Positions 48,963-61,663 of a DNA stretch of 64,000 bases are shown here, in pieces; positions within the stretch are counted from its first letter, which is position 1; each line of letters begins with the position of its first letter. Position numbers and translations under genes: made by a program. Where the stretch lies: contig MU054220.1 of NCBI GenBank assembly GCA_013239625.1, positions 6,680,626-6,744,625 on the forward strand. The letters are read 5' to 3'. The notes under the pieces were generated by a model. That model worked only from the letters and a program-made list of their open reading frames with translations, was not told where the DNA came from and did no database searches. This DNA comes from Lama guanicoe. Its lineage: Eukaryota.

Positions 48963-51900
48963 ATATGGTCCATCGTTCCAGTCCAGGCTTCTAGAGATGA
49001 CAGTACATGGAGTGGGCTCTTCACAAACTGAAAGAGAAGGAGTTGTTTTGACTTCTGAAATGGCTACATCAGTATTCTGTAATGAGGATTCTATATAATT
49101 GATTACATGTGATTAAATACCATAAACCATAAAGAATCCATTATGTGTTCTGTTATCTACCTTTAGGGACTTCTTTAAAAGAATGTGATTTTTAATCTTA
49201 ATAGATGTAGCTAAGGAAATAGGTTAAGCTGGTTCTGAAATTTCTTCTCTGGATGCCTCATGTCTCTTGTGCATCTGTCACAGATCTGTGTTTATTGTGA
49301 CCACTATTTGCTTGGAGGGCCCTCACTACTGATTTTTTAAAAAATCTGATGCGACTGTGACTAGTAGTTGGTCAGATTGGAAAAAATCAAATAAAGCAGA
49401 GAATTATCAAAACTGATGAAACTCATGCCTTAAATACTTTATGTTAACGTTGAACCCACATCATCTTGCCAATTTTTCAATCTAAGACCAAGGTCTGCCT
49501 CATGGAATCCTAAGTTTTCTGTCATTTGTACACCAGATCTCAAAATGTATCTGTAGTTTCTACTTTGTTTTTACTTTGTGTGTGTGTGAAGCACAAACTC
49601 ATAGCCATCTGATACACAACCTGAAATTAGATTTCTTTTATAAACGTATGATTTTCCTCATCTTTATCAGTCTCACATACAACAAATATTCAACAAAAAA
49701 TTTTTACTAATTCTCCTTTATTGAATATTTCCAAAGTCAACTTATATTTTCATAGAAACAATAACTCTTTCCCTTTGCAGACACATTTCATAAGCTTATA
49801 TAATATTTAATCAAATTATTTAATTACAATAATAAAGGTAAAACTGCTTAAAATATTTTGGAATCAAGCATAACATATTCTTGCTCAGCATACAACTCGA
49901 TTAGGAAGCAGAAGTGGAAAGTAGCCATAGACTGAACTGCTCGCCATGGTCAGCTGCATGTGGACATCAGTCAGTATGTTTTAAAGAGAAATCAGGGAGC
50001 TTTGATTAGTCTGGTCAGTCCATTAAATGTAGGTCAGTTAAGAGCGCTTAGATTGTAATTCATGTACTTTGGCTCTCTACCAGCAGCAATATCTGCATAC
50101 TGCTGTCTTTCCATTTCTAGAAGTGTTTTCTCTGGAAGATAAGCTTTTTATGTAATCTCTAAACATGGAATCTGGTTTTTAGTCCTTTTGGATAGGAAAA
50201 ATCACTTCTTATAGAAGTCTGAAAGTAGATTCTTGATATGCAAATTCCCTGGCACTAATTGTGAATTTAAAATTTTCTCCCTGTGATGGTACATTGGTAC
50301 ATTGACCCTTTAATCATTGAATCCTTGCTATTATTTGCATTACATTAGAACTAACGTCTTATGATGAATTAATTAATGGACTGAGCCGTTATTATGCATT
50401 TCATAGCTTGCATTCCTCGACTCATGGTTCAACTAACTCTTCCTGGTTTTGTGTAGGGTTTCTGAATTCCAGGGAAGCCATTCCCTCTGCTTGCTAAAGT
50501 CAAAACTTGGTGCTTCTGTTTTTAAACAAATTTAGAAATAAAAATATGCATGACACATGGCTTAGCTCTATTTTTTCTTCTGAACTCAAACCACTCATTG
50601 GAATACTGACCATTATTCCTCAGCATCTTAGTATGTTTCAAGTATTTTTTCTCAAAAATCCAGGTAGAAAAGAAACATTGATTGAATAAAATTTTAAATG
50701 CATTTTAAAATCTGGACACTAAATACTCTCTCCAAATTATCACTTAATCATAAATATACATAGTTCAGACCATTAGATATTTTTCATATCAAAAGTTTTC
50801 TCCCTATTTTTTGGTCCTTAATCATGGTTTCTCTTCCCTCATAACTCTCTTAGTATTTTATATGTTTGATTGTCCTTTATTACACTCTTAAGAATTTCTC
50901 TTTGAATTAGATGTATCTGTTCCACCTAATCTCAGTGAAGTCAGTGGTATGCTCACACACTTCTCCTGCACCGTGCCCAGGGCAGTGTCTTACAAACTGA
51001 GTGGGTGAGCATGTACATGTATAAAATCTTAAGTGCACTACTGATAATTTCTTTGATATTTTAAAATAGTATATTTCTTTTTTCACTATATATAACTTTT
51101 TTTGTTTTACTCTGTCTAACTATCTATCTGTCTGTCTATCTATCTATGTGTTCTACATGGATATATATGCACCATATACACATGATTTTGCTCTAGGTAT
51201 ATATGAATGAAGGGGAACATATCTTGACTTAGAGTTCCCAGACAGCAGCTCTCTTTAAGTTCTAGTGTATTTTAAAATATAACTTTAAAATATGAATAAT
51301 TTTGAATTGTTTGTACAGACTACTTTCTATCATTTGTTACAGTCTCAAGTTACTTGAAATTTGAAAACGATCTTAAAATATTAACGTAGGATCTAATGGA
51401 TTTGAGATGCGCTTATACTGATTGAAACTAAGATTCACCATTGAGAAGACGTTATTTTTCTCCCTTGTAAAGAACTCAAGGAAATATTGAAATGTTATAT
51501 TTCAAGGTAATGCCGTGTTTCCTTTCTGCTTAGAATGGCTATTTATAGTTGGCTCAATTAATTCCTAGAGTGTGCAGAGCAAAGAATCCCTTTATCCTGT
51601 CATCCTGTAGAGCTAAGGGTATGGTCTGTGCTGAGCTAGAGCAAACTTTAAAGCTGATCAAACTTCTAAGCAAAATCCTATATTATGATTAGTGATGGAC
51701 CCAATCCTGTGAAGTGAATAGAGGTGAAGGAATCACAAAAGGTTCCAAGGTTGAAGTTGGATGAAAGAATCCAAAAGATGAACTGTGTATCTAAGCCTTA
51801 TCTAAACCCCCTTGGTGGCCGGAATTGGGTCTGAAATCTTGTTAGGACACACCTTCTTGGGAGATTTTATGCCTTTTCTCATTTTAGTCAGGTCATATGA

Positions 51901-52789
51901 GCCGAGAGAGCAGTTTGCTGGTTCAAAAGCGCCAAGGGAAATACGACTGAAATTGCAGACATGGCCTCTAGGATTGGAGACTAGAGTCCAGATGTCAGGA
52001 CCACACCAAAGGACTATTTAGACCTAATTATTAGCAGAAAGCAATATATAAAAACAATTGTGTGAGCTATAGAGTCGCTTACATGTAATTATAACAGAGA
52101 AGGCTACAAAGAGTGGCCAGTGGCCAGATGAATTTCACTTTTACGGAACAGAAGAAAAAGAATAAAACAGATGAAGAACATAGTTTTTAGTGATTTGGGT
52201 TCAGAAAAAAATATAATGCAAAGCTACATGTTTCAAATGTTTTTATTTCTCAATATCTTTAAAAATTGGAGAATCAAGTGTTGACTTTGTCAAGCACAGG
52301 AGAGAGATGGTTTCCCTGAAATTCAGAAGCATTGGGACTGCTGCAGACACTTTTTTCCAAGTTCATTTAGGAGGGTATTTATATGTGAATGAGGATGTGT
52401 AACACCCACTGTTACCATGACATCTCTGTGATCATCAACTAACTGTAATTTTGTTTTGTTTTCTTATATTTTACACAGTCTATAAAATTTAGGAAAAGTG
52501 ATTTTTTTGATCCATTATATTACATTAAAATATATGGACTTCAGAAGTCTTCACAACTCAGATTTTGTTAGAAATGATAAAAAGCACAACAAATTCTTAG
52601 GTATAATAACTTCTAGAGTTAAATTTTATTGTTTCATTAAAAACGGTTTTAACGATTTTTACTCTTAGCTTTTTGGTTTAACATTTTTTTCCTTGAAAAA
52701 TTATTTTTGCCCAAAACTGTAAGTGCTTCAGAGGATAGAAATGTAATCAAGACACAAATACTGCGCGCAAAATATTAGAAACCAGTTAT

Positions 52790-53120
52790 CTAGTCAACCA
52801 ACAAATATTTATTGAGATTCTGCATTGCAAAAAGAGCCTAATATGATGTAGAGAGAAAATGATGAATGAGAGGGAGAGGATACCTACTCTTACGGGACTT
52901 ACTTTCCAATAGATGGCTCAGATAAGAATGTAAATAACAATTATAGAAGGCAGAGTATAATACAGACCAGAGTTACAGAGGTCAAAAGAGGATCATATCT
53001 TATCTCAGTGGAGGTGCATGGAAAAAATTAAAGGAATGCTGGGTCTTGAAGTGTGGGTGGGTATGGATGGGTTCAAAGTAAGTATAGCCTTTCAAGAAAT
53101 AGACATTGGCAGAAATTATA
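52790..53120 (-). mobile_element. LINE-2 3' fragment
   Basis: caaccaacaaatatttattgagattctgc...cctactcttacgggacttactttcca... Confidence 0.55.
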
Positions 53121-53540
53121 AAGGAAGTTAATATATTTTTGTTTTTGTTTGGTTGGGTGGTTTGAGTATCAGTAGGGTAAAGAGTTTAAGGAATTTGCGC
53201 ATAATTTTGTTGTTGGGAAATACTAAAAATCTGGGATGCACGAAGTGCCTGGATCAAATCCAGGCATTAAAAATTTTCTTACAAAATCCCTTAATCAAAT
53301 TGTTACTATTGTATAAATTTATTTATTTTTTCTTTTCTCCATTCATGAAAAGCAAATAATACACGGTTACTTTTTACTCTGTAAAATACATTTTACTCTG
53401 AAAAATGATCAGGCTGCGCTTGTAACAGATTCATCCACAGTGTAGACCGCCCAGTTTTGATGAGAGTCCCAAGAAGAGCTGCACCATAAGATCCCTCAGA
53501 AACGGGAAACTGAGTCTTTTCTTAGCTGTTTTTCTTTCAG

Positions 53541-53720
53541 TGTGTAGTAATAAGATGCTGATTGCGGGGAAAGTTTATAAGTTGATTAAATCAATCCATT
53601 AGTTGCCCAACGGTTTTGGAAATATATTTATCAAAATGTTTTTGACAATTCAAACAGCTGGAGGTGAAATTATGAATTTTGAACAGAAAGTATCTAACCA
53701 TTTTAGCACTAACGAAATTG
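53541..53720 (+). other. Candidate 180-nt exon (predicted; or 63-nt form from 53658)
   Basis: ctgtttttctttcAG acceptor and TTG|GTAAGG donor at 53721. Confidence 0.25.
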
Positions 53721-54034
53721 GTAAGGAAAAATTGATTTGGCAAGCTTCTATGAATTCAATTAATGAATTGAATCAAATATAATTTGTAAATGACTTCATG
53801 GATATTAATGGGTCAGATAATGTGCAGATTTGTGATCTTGGGGTTAACTCAAAACCACATGTATATTCCCTGAAAATTCCCTGTGCCTGTTTTGATATTA
53901 TTATCAAGAAGCAAAGCAGCTTGGTTTCTTATGCTTAGACATGCAAGCCAGTGGGCAGAAGATGCATATGCCTTTGGGTATGTGTGTCTGCATTACAATA
54001 AGTAACTAAAATACATTTTTGATTGTTCTTCCAG

Positions 54035-54108
54035 AATCAAGCCAATATCTTCAAATCTGAAACCATACAGATTATAGCCTTTCTACATTATAATATTATT
54101 CCTTGGCC
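54035..54108 (+). other. Candidate 74-nt exon (predicted)
   Basis: actaaa...tttttgattgttcttccAG acceptor; GCC|GTAAGT donor at 54109. Confidence 0.25.
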
Positions 54109-54319
54109 GTAAGTTGGTCAACTTTGTAAGGACTCAGCTGAATGACTGTGTAAAACCATGGCTATTATTTACTCCTAATTATGTCCCTGAGAATAACTAA
54201 TCTAATAACGTCAGGGAAATGTCTCTATAAATAATAAAAGTAAAACCTTCAGAGTCCTACTGAAATTTGCTTTTAAGTTTGCTCCCACTTCTTCATTCCT
54301 TATTGTGGTGGCAGCTTCA

Positions 54320-54500
54320 GACAGTAAGAAGAGGGTTTGGTGTCAATTTGAATTGACTTAGATTCAAATCCTAGCCCCCTCCTCCTGATAGCTTTTGACC
54401 TTGGGCATGTTTCTGAATTTCTCTGAGTCTTGTTGTCCTTGTTTAAAAAACTGAGACTAGGACTTTTGGGGTAATTATGAAGATGATCTATGTTGTAATA
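54320..54500 (+). mobile_element. MIR SINE
   Basis: gacttagattcaaatcctagc...atagcttttgaccttgggcatgtttctgaatttctctgagtctt. Confidence 0.65.
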
Positions 54501-54899
54501 AGAAAAGTCTAGCTTACAATCCCTCATCCTTAATAGCGTGATAGATGTCGAACCTTCCATTCTGTTTTTCCACTTCATACCAAGCCGTCCCACTCCACTG
54601 CGTGGATGGTCTCCTTACCAGTGGAAGCAGCATTCTAAATTTTTCATCCAAGTTAACTAAGACACATTAATTGCTCAAAGAGTACATGCAACATTTTGTG
54701 TATTTTCTCTTTCTTATTTTATTTTGACACCTATTTCTATATGTTATATTAGGCTCTTTGATAAGGGCTATCTTGAAATATAAATCCTTAGGAGAGCTAT
54801 GACTGGCGATTTGGTAGCAGATGGATTGTTTCGTGTGTGGTTCTTTAGAGTGAGTCTAAATATTTGCACGTCCTACTGGTCATAAATTGAGAAAATATG

Positions 54900-55130
54900 G
54901 GACACAGCATGTACAAAGCTCTATATACACTGATTAAAGCGAGATACTATGTAAACACTATACTCATTTTCTCATTTAATCTATTCAACATCTCTACAAA
55001 ATAGACATTATGATGATGCCCTTTTGCAAACAAAGATGTTGATGCTCAGAAAGCTTGAGTAACTTGTCTAAAGTTAAAGAAGGTGGTAAGGTCAAATCAC
55101 AAACAGATTTTCTGACCCAGTGTTGCTCCT
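54900..55130 (-). mobile_element. MIR SINE
   Basis: tctcatttaatctattcaacatctctacaaaatagacattat...gatgctcagaaagcttgagtaacttgtctaaag. Confidence 0.65.
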
Positions 55131-55319
55131 CGAGTATTAAAACAGGAATGCCCAAATGCAGAATATATGCAAAAAAGACAATAGATAGATTTTTAATTCA
55201 TATTAGCCTGAATTACAAATAGTGTGCATTGTGTTCAGTTTTTCTTTTTTAAGAAATGTGGTTCAAATAATATATTTTGTTTGTGTTCATTTTGCTTAAA
55301 TCATAACGTGCTCTGGATT

Positions 55320-55356
55320 TTTTTTCTTTCTAAGTTAATTTTCAAAGTAATACCTA

Positions 55357-55390
<34 letters not shown>

Positions 55391-55865
55391 AACAAAAGCA
55401 TAACAAACAAAAAACACATAAAGTCACATAAACTCACCCAACAAAGGAAATAGTTCATATTTTTGTATATATACTCACAGATAAGCATTTGCACGCAGAA
55501 AACAGACACAGAAATAGATTTGTTATTCACAGGAGAGAAGCATACCACAATACTATTTTCAACCATTCAATCACATTAAATAATATATCATAAACATCTT
55601 TCCTTGACAAGAAACTTGCTTTCACAAAACTGAGCTTTGTTTTTATGTCTGTGTAGTATGTATAAAGACATATAGCAGAATGTATCTTTTTTCTTGAGCG
55701 TTTAACTTTAATGCTACAGTGAACATGCCTTTAATGAAATCTTTGTGCACAGTCTAAATTATTTTACTAATATAAGTTCCTACAAGTAGACTAGCTTTGT
55801 TATGTGATACGCTAGACTTTACAGCTTTTGATAGGTATTGCCAAACTGCTCTCCAGAAAGTCAAA
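55320..55865 (-). mobile_element. Old L1 (L1ME-like) fragment containing (TG)14 at 55359-55386
   Basis: taatatatcataaacatctttcc...aatgctacagtgaacat...aatctttgtgcac...ttttgataggtattgccaaactgctctccagaaag. Confidence 0.65.
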
Positions 55866-56369
55866 ACTCCTTACGTAAGAGAATATGTCATAGTGTTAAT
55901 AATAATGGCTCATTGCCTGAAATAAAGATATTTAACATGTTAATTTAGTTGAAATTCCTGAAGGAAAAAAAAATAAAAGCAGATAAGCGTTTCAGTGTGA
56001 AAATTGCACTTGCCCCATAGGACCATTGCTGCTTCATAAACATTTACCTCAAATATCATAAATGTACACACAAGAGACATCAAATATCTGGAGAAGATAT
56101 TTCATTAGAAACATTCACTATAGCATGGCCTACAAGTTTGAGATTTGGTTAATCAGGAGAAATTTCCATATTTTATTGAAGAAATTAGCATTTTTTATCA
56201 TCAGGAAATAAAAGAGCTCTTTCCAGTTCTTTTTATGAGAAAGTTGATGTCATGGATGTGCTATTTAGTTTCCTTGAGGGAACAACATTTCCAAATAAGT
56301 GAGAATTGTTTTTCAGCAAAGAATTGCTTCCAGGTTGGTTAAAACTGGTTCAACATGCTGCTTTAACCA

Positions 56370-56542
56370 TTTTTTTAAAATAAAGTTTATTTATTTTGTT
56401 TATTTATTTTGGGGGGGTGGGGGAAGGTAATGAGGTTTATTTAGTATTTGTTTATTCTTAGAGGAGGTACTGGGGATTGAACCCATGACCTCATGCATGC
56501 TAAGCATGCTCTCTACCACTTGAGCTATACCCTCCTCACCCT
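56370..56542 (-). mobile_element. tRNA-Ala(AGC)-derived SINE, camelid vic-1-type
   Basis: Minus strand gaggagggtatagctcaagtggtagagagcatgcttagcatgcatgaggtcatgggttcaatccccagtacctcct...taaataaacctcattacc. Degenerate TSD tgctttaa at 56359 and 56543. Confidence 0.88.
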
Positions 56543-57158
56543 TGCTTTAATCTTACATTAAATGCAAGTATTGAAAATATAGTTTCATGGGTAATCTTTG
56601 GACATCCACATGCAATAGATTGAATACTGTCAGTTAGATGTAAAATATAGATACTTTGAAAATATGTTGTTATAGGTCAATGAATGAAGTCATGTATTGA
56701 AAAATAAGCTATATTTCTAATATATTCATTACTATCAAATCAAAGTAACATTTAAAATTCATAGTCCAAAATCTGCCTTCTATGAACCCACAGAACAGAG
56801 GTACAGAAAATCTAGAAGCTGATGTGCATTTCAGAATTGGGGTCTCCTCAGAGTTAGGGACTCTGTCATTTCAATATGTTCGAAAATTCATGTATAATAA
56901 ATTAGGAGGCTTGTAAAATCTAACTGGTTTCCATATCTGATTCAGCCATCTCCTTTCTGTAAATTAACATTTGCCTCATGGATTAGCAAGAATCAAAAAT
57001 AGCAATCCAAACACCTGTCACATAGCACCTAGCTTTTAAACCCAAACTGTCTCTTTTCAAAAGAAATAGTCATCCTGATCGCCCTCACATAAAGATACAA
57101 GGGGTTATTGGTGAATTCTTTTTATATTCGCAAGCATTTGCTTTTCAGTTTTACTTAC

Positions 57159-57197
57159 CAGCATTGTATCTAGCAGTTTGCCTCCACGGTGTAGCCA
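57159..57197 (-). other. Candidate 39-nt exon (predicted)
   Basis: Minus strand cttttatttctctttAG|tggctacaccgtggaggcaaactgctagatacaATGctg|GTAAGT: strong acceptor and consensus donor. Confidence 0.45.
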
Positions 57198-57619
57198 CTA
57201 AAGAGAAATAAAAGCTAAAGTCATGTGCAAAAGTGAACCTTTCCAGCAATTACCTTTCATAGTTCTATTTAAACATTTCTTTAGAATTGAGATGTGGACA
57301 TTCAAGTGGAATCTGGCCACTTACGTATTTACCACGTCAAATGTCCAGTTTGCAAGCTAGTCAGGTGTAAGTGTAAAGCTAAGGGCAATAAACAATTCGA
57401 TTTAGTTGCTGGCATCCCAGATGGGAGTGGTGGAAAGCGGACTGATGTTAGGACTCTTTATGTTATTTAATAAGCAAGGAATAACTCTGTCTTTGCTCCT
57501 TAACTTTTTAAAGAAACTGCCTGTTCTTTGTTCTTTGGGGACAAAAAAAGAAAATTGAACATGCTAATGAGCATAACAAAAATTACAGATGTGAGGTTTG
57601 CGAGTGTAGCCAAACTTAC

Positions 57620-57640
57620 CTCGACAGGATTATTCTAGAG
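57620..57640 (-). other. Candidate upstream exon end (15/21-nt microexon, or 3' end of a first exon)
   Basis: Minus strand gttctcttAG|ctctAG|aataatcctgtcgag|GTAAGT. Confidence 0.3.
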
Positions 57641-59639
57641 CTAAGAGAACATGAATTTCACCACTGAAATCTTTGGCAGCAGTTTGGATTCCAAGTGAAA
57701 TAAAATCAACATTTATTTAATGACTAAATAATTGGAATAGTTTAGATAAATAAATGTAAGTGCAGTATTCATTGTTGATTTATTAATTATTCTGCCTTCT
57801 GAGGCAGTCTTCAAGTTTGTAGAAGGATAAACGTGCCGTTCACAATTTCTTCCATCTGCCGCCCACATTCCTGGGTAGCACAGTTTATATCCAGACACCA
57901 TCAATCCTTCAGTAATGGGTATGTGTGAAGTCTGTCTACTTCTTGCCAGCCAAAAACCCTATGCGTTCCTCATTGTGCAGCCATCCAAAATACAGGGTGA
58001 TTCTGAGAGCAGTGATACCCTCAGGGAATTTCAAGTTTACGGGAAATCAATAAGGGCTTTCCTAAATAACTACTTAACATGGCACCTAGTACATGGTAGA
58101 TGCCAAAACACATTTTTTGAGTGAATGTGGTTTTGGATTGTAGGTGCTCTGGACAAGTAGGCTCAGCCTTTTAGATTACTCAGCTTTTGGGGACTGCATG
58201 CACTTCAAGAAGATACCTTTCAGCATTCTGGGTGTCTGTCTCTTCAGTTAAGATACCAGATAATAGGGAATCTGGAGAGTTTTCTGATTACATTACCTGT
58301 TTAATCATGGAGCTGCTTACAACTCCATTTTAAGGTAGCCCTAAAATTTCTCCAGCCCACACATCAGAGGATGCAAATGGATAAATCATCTTTTATACAT
58401 GTCCCAAGATTAAGCCACAGGACCCTTGGCCTCTGATGCTAAGTGTGGCTTTGGATAAAAGGACTAGGATTGCTGCCTACCATTCTGGGCCTAGCCTGGT
58501 GGTTGTGTAACAGTGCCTCTATCAGCCACGTGCTTCTTGCAACTTAGATCTCGTACTTCTTCTTTCTTGTCAAGTCCAGATTAACTTCCTCTAAGGAGAA
58601 GAGTAGCAATCCTGAAAAACGTCCATGTCCATATTTTAGCTAAATAAGTACAGAGCCGCAATTTTAAACTTAGCCATTATATTATTTATTGCTCAACAGT
58701 GCATTTGCATGTTAAGAGTGGGTTCTAGTAATAAATCTATTTGATATAAAAGTAAGCAAAAAAACATACACTTAGGGATGTATCTTAAAGAGATTTTTTA
58801 ATAAAAAAATTCAGAAATAATTGTCAATACCTCAAATTTTTTCCCATAAAATTAAAAACTACATAGTATTGTACACATTTTCCACATATATAGGAACCGA
58901 ATCAAATTTTACCTAGAAACAGAGTTATAAAGTGCCTTTCAGAATTCAACATGTCCAAAGGTATAGAGTTATCTGTACAATAATAACTATTTCGTACATA
59001 CTCTGCACTGCATCATTTTGGAATACTTATTTCATAGAACTAGCTTATGGCCCATACATGAATATCAGTCTCATTATTTTGGAAACAACCTTATATAATT
59101 ATCAAATCCAGTATACCATAACAAAAAGTCATGTTCTATAGTGATCCTCTAATAGATAGAATGAATTAATAATTCCATTTCTGCAACATGTTTTTGTATA
59201 ATTTCATATCAAGAAAGGCACATTTTCTTTAAAAGCATTTAAAAAAGAAAGAAAGAAAATGTTGAAAAAGAATGATTGCCAAAGCACTAAATATTTATAC
59301 ATCTAACTATATTATATATGTAAAATTATATGATATCTATAAAATTATATTATACATATGTTGTTACATTGTTATGTTGGTATGCATTTATACACTTGTA
59401 ACTCAGAATATAGTTTTCTCATTTGACTGATGAGAGATCATTTGAGCTGATGAGTTGGTTTTGGGTTGGAATGGCAAGACATGACTTTTAAATCCTCCTA
59501 CATACAAGTACTTATATTAATTTTCCTTCTAACTTATCATAAAAATATAGATACATAATTACAGAAATCTTTTAGAATGTCAGACCAATTTACATCCACA
59601 TTTTTTCTCAGTATAATCCTGTAGTAAGATGGCAGTCAT

Positions 59640-60112
59640 CTATAGGTGTGATTCACTAAAATCATGTTCGTTGTATAATACACTGCCTTTCCCTGGTCAT
59701 AGTTGCTTAGGGGATGGCATGCATTGACTCAAGACTAGGAAGCTGCATTTCTGTTTTGAAAATGTAGAGCTGCATCTCAGAGACTTTCATTAAACTCTTC
59801 TAAGTAGTTGAGCTGGAAAGTGGCAAAAGAGAAAGTAAGTCTGATTGTAAGTAGCACTGTACAAGGCAGCACAGAGCCAGTTCATGAGAGTCTGTGGGAA
59901 TGAAGGTGATCCCAGAGGAGATCACGATGGCACACACCGTGAGACTGAGACTGGTAGTGGAACCCCTTAATCCCAAAGGCCTTTAGACTTATTCCTATAC
60001 CTCAGAGGCCTGGTTCACAGATAAGGAAATATCTCTAATAAAATAAACTCGATTTCTTTGAAGCAAGCTTTGGAGAAGTTCTCAAATATGCCATCAAGAG
60101 CCTTTTCTCAGA
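59640..60112 (+). mobile_element. Old MaLR LTR (MLT1J/K-like)
   Basis: ccctggtcatagttgcttagggatggcatgcattgactcaag...gagagtctgtgggaatgaag...taataaaataaactcgatttctttgaagcaagctttggag. Confidence 0.5.
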
Positions 60113-60600
60113 ATTGTACATTCAGTAAGTATTGCAGACCTATTAGACTCTAGACTAAGAATTCAGAGGAAAAAATGTATGACAGTAGCCCCCACTCTGA
60201 CCTCAGCTTCATCTCATTTAGAGAGGAAGGAGAAAGATGAGGAGGAAAAAAAAAAGTAGAGGTCACCGTGGTTAGTAAATAATTACATTACATGGTGTTA
60301 AGTATTGAAATAGCAGTAAAAGTTAAATTGTATAAGCAAGGGCAGAGTTTGGGGCATTGGGATGCACTTCGCAGGAAAGAGAGCATCTGAAAAGTCTTAG
60401 ATAAGCAGGACATCACTTGGCAGAGAAAAGGGAGAAGAGGGTTCCAAGAAGAGAGGGAATAATATGAAAAAAAGATATTAAAATTGGCAGGAAGATGGAA
60501 TGCATTTGGGGACATAGGCTGGAAAGACAGAACAATGTCAGAATGTGAAGCTCTTGAATTCTAGCCTATAATATTCGGATTTTATCCCATAGGCCATAGG

Positions 60601-60734
60601 TTCTGTGATCATGTCCCAGTCTGCCAGGGACTGTTCTAATGGATACTCACCATCTTAGTACAATTATCAGTAGCACCCCCTTTCTCATTCTCAATAGTGT
60701 CTCAGTTCAGGCAATTTAGTATTTGGTCACCATA
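60601..60734. mobile_element. hAT-Blackjack MITE, MER94-like, inserted in L2 remnant
   Basis: gtgatcatgtcccagtctgccagggactg...caattatcagtagcaccccctttctcattctcaatagtgtctcagttc...atttggtcaccata. Confidence 0.7.
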
Positions 60735-60814
60735 CCCATAGGGAGCTATTAAAGGGTTTTGGCTGAAAAATAACATAAGTAAATCCTTATTTTGCAATTA
60801 TCATTCTTGGAAGT

Positions 60815-61040
60815 GTGTATAGCAGCAAACCAAGGCCTGCTCTAGTCAAATCAAACTTGTGGCCTGTTTTTGTCAATAAAGTTTTATTAAAACACAGTTA
60901 ATCCTGATTTTTACTTCTACATAACAACAGGATCGAATAGTTGTGATGGAGATCATATGATCTGCAAACTGAAAATATTTATTGTAATATTTTCTGCAAA
61001 ACTCTGGAGATTTTTACAGAAAAATTTTGCTGACTCCCAG
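60815..61040. mobile_element. hAT-Charlie MITE, MER58A-like
   Basis: cagcaaac...gcctgtttttgtcaataaagttttattaaaacacag...gaatagttgtgatggagatcatatgatctgcaaactgaaaatattta...tttacagaaaaattttgctgactcc. Confidence 0.8.
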
Positions 61041-61469
61041 TAGAGAGCAAAGATGGAGGACATAAGACTGGAAGTAGAACCACAATGTCTTTTTAAAATA
61101 AGAGTCCATGCCTTTTTCATCTCCAAGTATATTTAAGTTTTAGTACCATGTGGCAGGTTTATTAAAATATGGACATTTGGATAGTGACATTTTGTTTTAA
61201 GATAGCCTTCTTCATATGAACAGAGAGCCTTGGCAAAGCCCCACAAAGGTGCTCTAACTATTGCATCTGGAATAAAAAAGAAACTTATTCTGAGATCTTT
61301 TTGTTCCAAAGGCTCTTGTCTAGTAAGAAGACTCCAATTGCCATTAAAAATCCAAAATAGATAAACCTGAAGTGTAAAAGTAATTACACAGAAGGTCACA
61401 CAAAATGGGTATAAAATGGTTCAGGCTGAAAACAGCCTCAAGAGCAGAAATCAGGATCAGTAAGCAGCA

Positions 61470-61663
61470 GCCCCGCCTCTGCGTTTTTCTTGGGAAGGAA
61501 GAACATGTACCAGTTCTGATTGGTTTTATTGCTCTGACCCAAAGCGCCAAAACCCAGCATATCTTGCCCTTAAATAACTTGCAGAGAGGAAGTATTTGTG
61601 TATGAGTTGCCGGTGGCCTCAGAAAAGAGTGAACCGTGTGTCCAAGATTTTAGTTATGTAAGA
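61470..61663 (+). promoter_or_regulatory. Candidate RNA Pol II promoter with short first exon (predicted)
   Basis: GC box gccccgcct 61470; TTC-N4-GAA 61487; reverse CCAAT ctgattggt 61516; reverse TTTGGCGC 61544; TATA-like ttaaata 61570; ETS gaggaagt 61586; donor GTAAGA 61658. Confidence 0.35.

Noticed and set aside
57713..57904. ORF containing GYKLCYPGMWAADGRNCE, superficially EGF-like
   Set aside because: The six-cysteine EGF pattern is incomplete, no flanking splice sites fit a coding exon, and the rest of the ORF is low-information AT-rich sequence.
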